Source: Macrostomum lignano (lineage: Eukaryota). From it: a stretch of 57,721 nt of DNA. Made by a program: the position numbers and the translations under genes. Below are positions 25,309 through 36,800 of this stretch, piece after piece. Location of the stretch: NCBI GenBank assembly GCA_002269645.1, contig NIVC01004151.1, positions 1 to 57,721 of the forward strand. The letters are read 5' to 3'. The notes beneath the pieces are model-generated. The model was not told the DNA's origin. It did not search any database and saw only the letters and a program-made list of their open reading frames with translations. How positions within the stretch are numbered: position 1 is the first letter of the stretch; each line of letters begins with the position of its first letter.

Positions 25309-28300
25309 GGTAGCTTGCTGCCATATCTGGACCGCAGCGTCGAGCTGAGTAACGGAGTGCAAGCTTATCTGATCAGTCAGAACAGTTTTGGCGGCATTTT
25401 TAACCATAACGGTTCGGTTTTGACTATCAGCATTGGTGTGGGCCACCTGCAGGACCCGCCCGATTGCAGAGGCCTGGCACGGCTCTGCCAGCGTCTAGCT
25501 ATCTCTCGAAAGACATTAAAATTAAAATCAATTTATAATGAAAAGATGCGCGTTTTTGAAGCTCACACTGAGTACAGCGTTTGCATGGGGGGTTTCACGG
25601 AAATGCCCGTGATTTTAGAGCAGCTGGCGGCCGACATACTAAGACCCGAGTTTAGTAGGTATGAAATCGGACGAGCGCTGATGAGGGGAATGCCTGATAG
25701 TCCTACCGATTGTATACAGCCTGTTGAGAGGCTGCAGCGCTGCGCTGGCAATCCAAACCATCAGTTTAATAGGCTGCCTGACGAGCGGCTAATTACCAAC
25801 TGGACTGAGGAAAAGCTGCTGGACCAATTGACGCAGTTTCACAGCCTCTACTACTCTGGAAATTTGGTGAGGCTGGTTGTGGAGGACTCGCGTTCGCTCG
25901 ATGACTTGGAGGTGAGGGACGAACTAATAATAGTTATGCTGGATTGCATTCTTTAAAATTGAGTACAATTTTGAGTACAATTGGCTACGATTTCAGGCCC
26001 TAGTTTTGGCTACTTTTGGCCAGCTTCCAGACGCATTTGCTAATCGGATTCTGTTCGGTACGCACCCGTTCGATGGAACGAAAATGGGAGTCAAGGTGCG
26101 TTATTTTTCATGGGAAAGCATTCAAGTGCTCGGTACTAGAAACTCGTCGGGTTTGCCACTGACGTCGGGTAGTGCAGAAACCTAGAATTAAGCTGGCCGC
26201 ACACGGAATCAAATCGTCCTGCATGTAGGTGTTTTAGACAAAGCCAAGAATTCTGCAAGTACATGTACACGACGAAATTCCTAAATGTACAATATTTTCA
26301 GATCCGGTGTTGCCAGCACTCATTTTAGCACTGCACACTTAATTTAGCGCCACAGGCACTCATTTCAGCGCTGCAAGCACTCATTTCAGCGCCGCAGGCA
26401 CTCATTTCAGCGCCGCAGGCACTCATTTCAGCGCCACAGGCACTCATTTAATTGTCGGCTTTAATTGTCGCCATGCAGCAAAAATTATGCCCCCCAGATC
26501 TTTTACTGGAGGGGACATGTCCCCCCTGTCCCCCCCCGTTGGCGACGCCCCTGCGTAGGCCGGTAAAAAGGGAAGTCTTATTTGTCACATCGATAGCTAG
26601 TTTATTTTGTATGCTCTCATAGCGCTAAATGAAGTTTTACCATAGACTACTTCGGTCGAGAAAAACCCGGTTCCTTGAGAGCATACTAAATGCTTTAGCA
26701 ATACGGCAGATATACGTTCCTTAAACCATGGGGCCTCCCGCCGGCAGCACAGCTTCCGCAGCTCACCATCGCAGCCACCTGCAGCTGCACTAGTGTTTAT
26801 CTGTGGCCAGCAGCGCACCCGCAAACTCCCACAAGGTTGTACTTTACCAACCTCTAGCAGATTTCTAAGAAAATGTAGTGTAGCACCCTGTTACTCCAGT
26901 TGGAAAACTGTAAAATTAATCCCTGAGTTTTTACATTGCATTCCTTATACTCCATTGCAAAAAAACAGATTCGAAGTAGGGGCGTCAACTTGGACGAGAT
27001 TAGATTTGTCTTCCCTGTGCCAGATCAGTCTGATCTGTTTGAGACCTCGCCAGACTTGTATGTGAGCTACCTGTTCGAAACATTATTTGGAAAACTCTCG
27101 GATGCATATTCAAGACAACGAGGAGAGCTACCGGAAATTCTTCGCCGTTGTCCAGTTGCCAATCTTTTAGACTACGGCTATACTGGCTTTGACTCCTATC
27201 AAATTTCGTTCAATACAACTTTTTGCCAGAAGAACTGTTCTGCCGAGATGGAGGACGAGGTACTCAGATTTTTTTTAAGCTCTCTCTCTCTCATTTCGTG
27301 ATTTCTTGATATATTTTTGTTAAACTTTTTTCTCATTTCAGACGATCAAGTTTGTATTTCGCTTAATAGCACTAATACGAAAAATTGGACCAAAAAAATG
27401 GCTGCATGACGAAATTAGACACCAAAGGCGAACAAAACTTGCTAAAAACTTTGAAGATATCCTCTATCGCCGTGCTAACATTATAAACGTTTTGGACGAA
27501 AATTTAAGCGTTGCATCTCGACTACTGAGATTCCCCATTCACAAATTAATTTTCGCTGGCTATCTGCTCAACGAATACTCGCCTCGAGCAATCGAGGACT
27601 TTCTGACTTGTTTGTCGCCCGAAAAATGCAAAGTGTTCGTGTCGGATCTGAATCGCAAAGGCGAAGCTTCAAGTAAGTTATTAGGAGCGCAGGCAGTAGT
27701 AAAAACCTACATGTAGTTTATTTAGAAAAAAATAACTCTTTTCTTTGTTGCTGTCTTCCCAACCGGAGGGCACATATTGCTAGTCTAATTTTTGATCATC
27801 TTACAAGAACCACGCACTAGGCTGGCATTGAGGCCCATTCTACAAACGTACTTTCAGTTTGAAACACTCTGACAACACTTCATTAAATCAAAGAAGAAAC
27901 AACTGCAGTTGATAAAATAAAATAAATTGATCATAATTTAAGCGTTTCATAGTAATTCCGCAGAATCGAACTAAAGGGTCATATAATACACTATCATACA
28001 CAGGTGTAATGCTAACTCAGTAACTTGTATACCCTTCTATCTCAGACGAGCCGTCCAGCCAGGCCAAAGATGCATCTCCGCACAGTGAAGAGGAATTTTC
28101 GCCAGAACTTCTAGCCGCCTGCTCGGCACCTTGGCCTGCAAACGACTGCGAATTGGAGAAAGAATTTGAAATGCCAGAGCCGAATCCGTTTGTGTGCACC
28201 GACTTCAGTCTGAAGCCCCGAGAAGAGGTTAGTCGACACCAATTTATTCTGTTTTGCATTTAAGAGAATTTAGCGAATTTAGATTTGAGAAATGCAGCTG

Positions 28301-31300
28301 ACTTTTTTATTTGTTCTATCAATCTCACAGTCTCTACGAGGTAAAATTTTCATAAGCTTAAAACTTTTGAAGACAACACAAAAATTATACGAATATCAAG
28401 ACTTTTCGACAGAAGTGTCAAGTTAAAGTTTTGGCTTGTGAAGTTATACTGTCTTTAACTACCGGAATGCGGATGTCAAGTTTACCACCGAAATGGAGCT
28501 CGAAGAAAAAACTTCAGATCTATCTGCTGCAGTCGAGATCTCATAGAGAGATATCATCCAACTAACTTTCAAGGGCTTTCAGAACCATAGCAAAACAACG
28601 CCTTCGGCGACATCGTCCCACAACCAGCAACTCCCTTTAGAACATAATTTGCTCGTACAAGCGCGCGTCAATACTGTACGCAGACGCGCCCCACTCGTCA
28701 GCCACTTTTTGTGAGCAAGCCCCTATGGAATTTTAAACACACTCAAGCCTGTTAAACAAAAAATGTATCAGTTAAACAACTTCTATGAACCCCAATTAGC
28801 TTAAAAAAACTTTTGTTTTATTCTATCCGGCGTTTCTAGTTCAAACTGGTCTGGCAAGCAGTCGGTTTAGCCCATAACAGTAAGCTTTGGCTCTTGACGT
28901 AAAAGTGACCCCTTAGAAGAAGCTCCAGATTACCTTTTATTATCAATTCTAAGCCTAACCAAACTTTCTAACTTCACCTGCTAGCCTCATGGAGCAGGCC
29001 CGCGTCAACTTCAACTGCCGTCGTCGTGCAACGCTCGACTTTGGTTCTGCCAGGATCCCTACTTGAATTCGAGACAGGTGTTCATCGCTATCAACCTTGT
29101 AGCTCCGGAGCTATTGTCCCAGGACGCACCAGTGGTTTTGTACGATCTGTTGGAAACACTAGTCTCGTCTTTCATTCTGCCCGCCTGCGAATCGAAATCC
29201 GATTTTGAAAGATCCAACCAAAAATGGGTACCCATTGTAAACAGCCACAGTGGGATCAGCACATTTTTTGTTGGTTACTTGGAACCGGTGCTGCGGCTGC
29301 TGCCGGATGCCTTGAGTGGCATGTCTAGGTTTTCGATCTCTTCGCTTAATGAATCGCATAACAATTCGGTGAGACTCTCTTAACGCATTTGTCTTCACTA
29401 GTATATTCGGACATTTTGAGTTCATTATAAACTTCTAGATGAAGGGTGCAGTAAAAAGGCAAAAAAACTTGATGAAGTAATTAGTTTGTATAAATAGATT
29501 TTACGATTTTACGTTTCCAGTCACAAAAAACTTGAGTCCATGTCTGTGCTTGGTAATGGGATACTGTTCACGTGACTGCCAAATGTTTGCCAAACTGCCA
29601 AAATTAGACTTGACTGCCAGCAACTTGACTGTCAGTGACATTAGACTGCCGTCGATTCGTGGTAGGGTTAGGGGCTTTAGCTTAGATTTGGATAAACGTC
29701 AGAGTTAAAGATAAAGTTGGGTTAAATCTTAGAAATTACGTTTAGGGTTAGGGCTAGATTTGCAGTCAATTTGTGGCAGTCAATTGTCTCAGAAACCTTG
29801 GGAGCAGAACTGCAAAAACCATCAGCTTGCAGAGTATTCGCAAGGTTTAACTTTAAATAATATTGTCTTTAGAAATGTAACAAACGAAACTTGACAACTG
29901 CCTGTCTTGAATACTTCATTCCTCAAGATACGCTCATACTAATTAGGGTACGAAGCCAGTAGGATATCAATCGTATTAGTTTATTTCCATTTCAGAACTC
30001 CAGTTCGGACAGTTCGTCCAGTTCATCGCCAGATTCGGCAGGTCTTTTTCGACCCTCTCCGGGTACGGAGTTTGCATCAAAGTTTGATGCCATGGACTTC
30101 TTGGCAGATGCTGAGGTGGTAGCCAGGCAATTAGATTTGGCCGGATTTATTTGCTTCTCAAACTCTTATAAAGTACAAAGTGTGGATTTGACAGATGGTA
30201 AGCATTGCATCAAATAACTGTGAGAGAAAATTAGAAATTACAGAATTACATGTATATTCAACTATAATAATCTGAAAATGCCTGTCAACTTAATCTCACA
30301 ATGTGTGGAGCCCGAGTAACCTATGTGCAAAAATGATGCGTTATTTTGCTCAGAGTGACACCAGAAATCAGGGTTTGGCAAAAAAAGCAACAAAAATATG
30401 ACTTGAGAGAACAGGAAAGGTGATAGTTAGCGACTATTTTGTCAACTTAAGCTCATCAATTATTCCGTTGCTTTTTCTCCCCTATCTCAAGTCCAATTTC
30501 CGTCGCTTTTTTGCCAAACCCAGCTTCCTAGTGTCATTGTGAGCAGAATGACATATCATTTGTGTACATTGGAATTTTTGAAACTCCACTTTATGAGCTT
30601 AAGTTGACAGGCCCTTTCTCGATGTCTCATAAATCAGCTGTCTTTCATACAGATACGATTTTTGAACAGAGGCTGGAAAGACTAACAGTGACGATTCGAA
30701 CCAATCAAAAGGTGTATCTCTGTTAACAGACTAGGATTTAAAATTTGCCGAGGGTTTTTCGGCATAGGGATCAACCTCCAAAGCTCAGAGAATGTACATG
30801 CCAGACGATTTAGAAAGTCAGGACCGCTGTACACTCCTGTGTGAGCATGTGTGTGAGTTGTGTGTTCGCGAACAGTATTGGCGCGCTTGTATAAGCTCAG
30901 GAATCAGTCAAACAGGCATAATTGTCTTCTTTCTCTCGACTTATTTTTTAAAATTGATAGTGAACATAAATAATAATTCCCCTCACCCAGATGTCGAAGT
31001 CAAGGATTTAGAGTTTGTTTGGAGTCATTTTTCTAAATTCGATCGAGAATCGGACGTCAACGGAACGCCGTTGTTTGCGGACATCATGGTGTTTGGCAAT
31101 GCAACCGAAGCGGATGCGGCCAGAGTCGCGCAGACCATCCTAGCCGCAATGCCGGTACTCACTTCCAAGTCGACAGCGCAGTCACCGCCATCGCCGCAAT
31201 CGATACGAAAAAGCGAGCGACTGCTGCCAAAAGGCATTCGCAACAAGGTAGTACTGGACGTCAAAGAAGACGTCAACGAGAATTTTTCTGCCTGCGCTAT

Positions 31301-32604
31301 TGTCTTACAAATATCAACAAGCGAAGCATGGAAGGCATCTCTCTGTTGTCAATCGGTCGATGAATCATCTAAAAGGATTTGGCACGAACTGATAATTAGA
31401 TTGATTGTGCGCTTCATGGAGTTTAAAGTGAATCCTTGCAAGTCCGATATTATTGTCGCCGATGCAAAGATCGGTCGCTATGCCTGCTGCATCGTGCTGG
31501 CTTCGGTACAAAGCAAGCATCCCGCCGACGTAAGTCCTTTTCCATTGCATTTCCAAAATAAATTTTGTCCTGGGCAATAGCTATTGCGTTAAAATTTACT
31601 TCAATTTGAGACCTAATGGGGCAGATGTGCAATCGACAGCTCAGCCACAGGAATTGATGAAAACGTCTGAAAGCTGGGTACGGCTGTTCAGTCCAAGGTC
31701 CACGCAATAACTGCGGTCGCCACACTCGGTCTCAATTACCCTAGCTAATAATGGCACCCATTTTACAGCTGGGTGAACTGAAGCAAGGCAGAGTTTAGTA
31801 TATCTTTCTTGCTCAATAACACAAGTTGTTCCGAATGATTCAATAATCGAAGCCCCGACCTTTCAGTCGTAAATTCGACGCTCTTACCACTATAGGCTAC
31901 AAATCATCAGTATTTTGTTTTTTATCATCCAGATCGAACAGCAGCTTGAATTGTTCATCTCAAAATCCTGCGATTACATCGAAGAAAAATCGTCTAAAAG
32001 CATGATATCATACGAGCGTAATGTCAAGCGAGACACGTTACAGTCGATTTGTCCAACCAAATTCCAAGAACAAGCCTGTGCACACTGGAATCACATTGTC
32101 AGCGGAGATTACGACTTTAGCGACGCCTGTTCTGTCGTGAAATGCATCGATCAAATATGGAAGAAAATCGACAAAATCGAACTCTCGAGATACTGCCGGG
32201 TAAGGAGCTGCAAGCAAGCACTTTTTAAGACCTTATACTCAGCCCCATACTATAAGTGATTGCTAAGATTCTGAAAGTGTACTGAACTGCAGGGAAAATG
32301 AGTGACAATGACAATGTCGTGTCGTTATTTGCAGAGATGGCTGTCCAAGGACGCGGCGGACAGGCGCCAACTAGTAGTGCACAAAATTAATCGGGAAAAG
32401 TTTCCGAAAGATTCGACTAACGACAGCGACACCGCGGTGAGTAGCCATGGTTTTTTTGCTTCTGGTTCTCCATGAAACTGTCTGCAATTCAATTTTTTTC
32501 ATTTTCCAATAACACAGAAACCTGACATTTTTGCTGAGCTGAACAAATTCAAGCGGTGCATGGAGTCTTGTCCGATGAGCGACTCTGACCTGAACAAATC
32601 TTAA
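25309..32604 (+). CDS. M16A pseudo-peptidase E, full four-domain module
   Basis: Exons 25309-25911, 25997-26095, 26969-27259, 27342-27672, 28046-28227, 28985-29368, 29996-30197, 30991-31529, 31933-32199, 32335-32436, 32518-32604, all phase-consistent. HxxEH is replaced by RLCQR. An in-frame ATG also exists at 25156, so an independent start is possible. Confidence 0.8.
26320..26554. mobile_element. Partial copy of the hAT-like MITE with the 21-bp minisatellite
   Basis: (GCACTCATTTCAGCGCCGCAG)n followed by the terminus GGCGACGCCCCTG. Confidence 0.7.
29590..29790. repeat. Small element with TTGACTGCC/GGCAGTCAA inverted sub-repeats around a degenerate TTAGGG-like core
   Basis: Inverted motifs flank GGTAGGGTTAGGG...TTTAGGGTTAGGG. 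It resembles non-autonomous Helentron-type elements; class uncertain. Confidence 0.4.
30280..30612. mobile_element. Foldback/MITE-like imperfect palindrome (~330 bp)
   Basis: GCCTGTCAACTTAATCTCAC... pairs with ...TGAGCTTAAGTTGACAGGC; inner arms GGGTTTGGCAAAAAAAGC / GCTTTTTTGCCAAACCC. Confidence 0.7.
31610..31900 (-). mobile_element. tRNA-derived SINE copy
   Basis: Reverse complement of the SINE core and head. Confidence 0.7.
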
Positions 32605-32924
32605 TGATTCCTTAACTGACTGACTGCAATCCTTCGAATACACGTATGCCCATATTATGTACTCATGAAAATGTTTTGTTTCTCAAATAAATTGAGCGCA
32701 GACTTTTTTTCTACTCAGTCATCGAAACGTCCTAACTTTTAGCTACGTGTAAAAGCCAGGACAAGTGCAGCAAAATCATGGTATTTTCTGTGTCGGACTT
32801 TTGATTCAGTGGGAGGGTGAAAAGTCGATAAAAATTCTGACGTTTGGAATGAAATGTACTCGTAGAAAAATGAAAGATTATGCGAACTTTAGCCTAATAG
32901 TTAATAGATCAGTTTTACTTGATA

Positions 32925-33500
32925 AAGGAGTGAGGTGGCTAAGAAGTGAGGTGGCTGAGGAGTGAGGTGGCTGAGGAGTGAGGTGGCTAAGGAATGAGGT
33001 GGCTGAGGAGTGAAGTGGCTAAGGAGTGAGGTGGCTGAGGAGTGAGGTAGCTAAGAAGTGAGGTGGCTGAGGAATGAGGTGGCTGAGGAGTGAGGTGGCT
33101 GAGGAGTTAGGTGGCTGAGGAGTGAGGTGGCTGAGGAGTGAGGTGGCTGAAGAATGAGGTGGCTGAGGAGAGAGGTGGCTGAGGAGAGAGGTGGCTGAGG
33201 AGTGAGTTGGCTAAGAAGTGAGGTGGCTGAGGAGTGAGGTGGCTAAGGAGTGAGGTGGCTGAGGAGTGAGGTGGCTGAAGAATGAGGTGGCTGAGGAGTG
33301 AGGTGGCTAAGGAGTTAGGTGGCTGAGGAGTGAGGTGGCTAAGGAGTGAGGTGGCTAAGGAGTGAGGTGGCTGAGGAGTGAGGTGGCTGAGGAGTTAGGT
33401 GGCTGAGGAGTGAGGTGGCTGCGGAGTAAATTGGGTGGATGGTCAGTGAGGTGGCTGAGGAGTGAGGTGGGTGGATGGTCAGTGAGGTGGCTGGGGAGTG
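32925..33500. repeat. 15-bp G-rich minisatellite (GGAGTGAGGTGGCTG/A)n between genes E and F
   Basis: About 35 visible tandem copies. Confidence 0.95.
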
Positions 33501-33828
33501 GGCTAAAGAAATAAAATGAAAATGCATTTGAAGCTTTACTTGCTTGCCTGCCTACCAAAAAACTTTTTGAAAATTATAATTATTGATAACATGATGGCAT
33601 TGTTAGCCGTAGTTACTGATAGCAGTAACTTACAGTAAGTTAGTTAGTTAGCAGTAACTTACTACGAGCTAACTTATAGCTTTCCTTAATTTAGATAATA
33701 CAACTTTAGTCAAATAGACTACGGTTTGTCTATGTCAAAAATATTTTTTTTTAATTTGAACCCCAATTAACGATGCAAAACTTTGACAATTTCAAGCAGG
33801 CGAAACAGAAGGACCCAACTCAAATAAA

Positions 33829-36800
33829 ATGACCGACTCCAAGCAGACTAATTTGCAGCCTCTTGTGCTGCACTCTCGGGTGCTTTCGCGTTTCGAAATT
33901 GATACGCCATCGCAGTACTTAAACCATTACATCCGCCAGCATCGGGCCATCGAGCTGCCCAACGGCGCAATCGCGTTTCTGTCTCATAAGCCGGACGACT
34001 TTGATGACGACAGCAGCAGCAGCAGAAGCAGCTCCGATATCGGGCCTGCAAATATGAAATCCGGGGCTGACGATGAGTCGAATGTGTTCTACGACAATGT
34101 CGAAAATGATACGACCAGCTGCGACAAAGAGTCCTCAGCCGACTGCAGCCTGCAGAGAAGCCGATTCGCTTTGGTGTGCTTCAGCATCGGCGTTGGCAGA
34201 CTGCACGAGCCGTCCGACTGTCGGGGCCTCGCCGAACTGTGCCTTCGATTGATTTTTTTCGCCTGCAATCATCCGCAGATGCAGAGTCTCGAGAGCAGCT
34301 TTGACGATACCACTGTTCAGACTCTAGACGAATCGATCTGGAACCAAGAATCGCACTACCACGCTGAAGTATTCGATGACCGATCCGAGTGCAGCTTTGT
34401 GGTCGACTCGGACGTCCTGCCGGCCGTTCTGCGGGTAGGTGTTTTTGCAATTACGCTCACTTGGCGGGGGTTGCAGCCTAATGGTTAGAGCGTCGGATTC
34501 ACGACTTGAAGGTCGGGGGTTCGATTCTCGATCCCACTGGAACAATTTGTGTCCTTGACCAAGACACTTTGAGTGCCAGCATTAGCTGGTGTAATTGAGG
34601 GTGTGTGTGGCGATCCCCCAATCCTTTGAATGAACAGCCGTACGCAGCCTTCAGATGCACCACGCAATTGCTGCGGCTGAGCTGTCAGTTGCACATCTGC
34701 CCATTGGGGCATGCAATTACGAGTAGTTTAACACAGATGTAATTCGTATTTTACTGAGAAAAACAAATCAATGTCAAATGAACTAAAATTTAATGCTACC
34801 ATAGATCTATTATATTCTAGCTTATAATGTATAATAATAATGTATATAGTTACATGTAGGTTAAATCCAGAAGTCATGTTAGTGCTCAGGGGTCGCTTGT
34901 TTAAGACCGAAATTTCATAACGCCGGAAGCAACTGCATGGTCCTTCACAAGATCGAACTATCTACTCTATCTCACCTGCTCTATCTCACCCTTGATTCAC
35001 ACCAGCCAGCGGAACCAGTTAAGATCAGTAGCAAAGTTAGGATGAATTCGAAAAAATAACAAGTGAAGAATAGATGTTAAACCCTCGCGTTAAGTATAAT
35101 AAATTTTCCTCACGCAACCCCTTAAGAGTTTAATCATCAGATAACCCAGACTCGCAATCTGGCTGATTCCCACGGACCCTACACAATCGTCCGTCATCTC
35201 AAACAACTAATTATTAAATGTAGTTGAATCACCGCCCCACATAGAATACGTTCATAAAGACCCTTTAAAGTGCAGTTAGACTTTTAAGCAGCCTGCACTA
35301 GTCCTTTACAATGCAGTCACCAAGCACGGGTGGCTTTTTGTAAGAGTATGTCTGTTAACAACTGCTACACTCCACCACATAATAGTAATAATAATATTTG
35401 ATTACACCTGCCCCAATTGGGCCAGATGTGCATCCTGAAGGCTGCGTACGGCTGTTCAGTCCAAGGACTGGGGGGTCGCCACACACACCCCAAACTACCC
35501 CAGTTAATGCTGGCAGCCATTTTACAGCTGGGTGAACTGAACCAATGCAAGTTAAGTATCTTGCTCAAGGACACAGATCGAGAATCGAACCCCCGACCTT
35601 CAAGTCGTGAATCCGTACTCCACCACGTTCTGATAACACTGCAATTTTTCTAATTCCTTAACCTAAATCCTATTCTTAATGGTCCCTCAAAAAGTCTCTA
35701 AATTATATCAGATTAAATATGATCCTTACCCATACTAAACTACAGAGCCTAGGCGCCAGCATAAAGTCTCCAGAATTCAACGAAGTCTACATTGAACGCG
35801 AGCAGAAGAAACTGCGCTCAAAATGCCTACGTGAAGGCCTGCCACCGTTGGACCTTCTTGAGCGCAGTTCTGGAAATCCGGACCATCCGTTCAACCGCTT
35901 GGTGCTGGACAATGCGAATACAGTGGCCTCAATCGGCAGCGAAGACGTGAAAAAGCGACTGTTTGAATTTCACGCCAAGTATTATTCGGCTAAGCTATTG
36001 CGGATGGCTCTCGTGTGCAGCAAACCGCTGGACGAATTAGAGGTTAGTCTCTTTTTTTAACGAGTATCATTATATAGTTATTTCCAATTGTATATCCATA
36101 CAAGGGCTGTGTATCTAACATAGCAGTGGTAAAGACCAAGACCCAGGTTCTGTGCACCCAGTGTGCTTGTGAATGTTCTACACAAAAGCATGTCCAATGG
36201 TCCAGACTAGTTAAAAGTCACAGATTAGCCGCTTTGCCAACCTCACATTTCAGGAAATTTTTGTTGACGCATTCGAAAGTCTGCCCGGCGAGCCCGTTCC
36301 TTGCATCAGATTTAACTGTCATCCGTACGATCGTTCGGAGACTGGGGTCAAGGTAAAAATTTTTGCGTTTTTGCTTTTTTGCCCATCGAAATGTTTGTGT
36401 TTTATTTTTTTATTTACTTTTTTATATTATTGAGTCAAACATACTCATAAACACAGACACATAGACAGTTCTCTAATTCACTAATAGACAGTAATCTATA
36501 ATTTAGCCCCTGATGCTAAATCCCCTGATGCTAAAGCCCCTGATGCTAAAGCTCCTGGTGCTAAAGCTACTGGTGCTAAAGCCCACATGACTACGTCACT
36601 GTAGGAGTAGCTTTTTGCTGCATCCTAATTAACACAGCTCAAAATGGTAGCTACGCGCTAAAGTTTCTGGTTCTTCAAGAATAATAGTTTTTTCAATAAA
36701 AATACTAACAATGTACCTAGCGCCCTTTCTATGATCATCTGCAAGACACTGCAACTAATCTAAAAAATAAGACATCTTCATCGACGACACTTACTTACAG

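Noticed and set aside
30792-30990. N-terminal part of the 262-aa ORF (MYMPDD...)
   Set aside because: It reads through an R2 repeat and intron; the real exon starts at the acceptor at 30991.
34464-34540. tRNA-like heads (also at 14290, 16845, 41760)
   Set aside because: No complete cloverleaf, and each is fused to the SINE core, so these are not tRNA genes.
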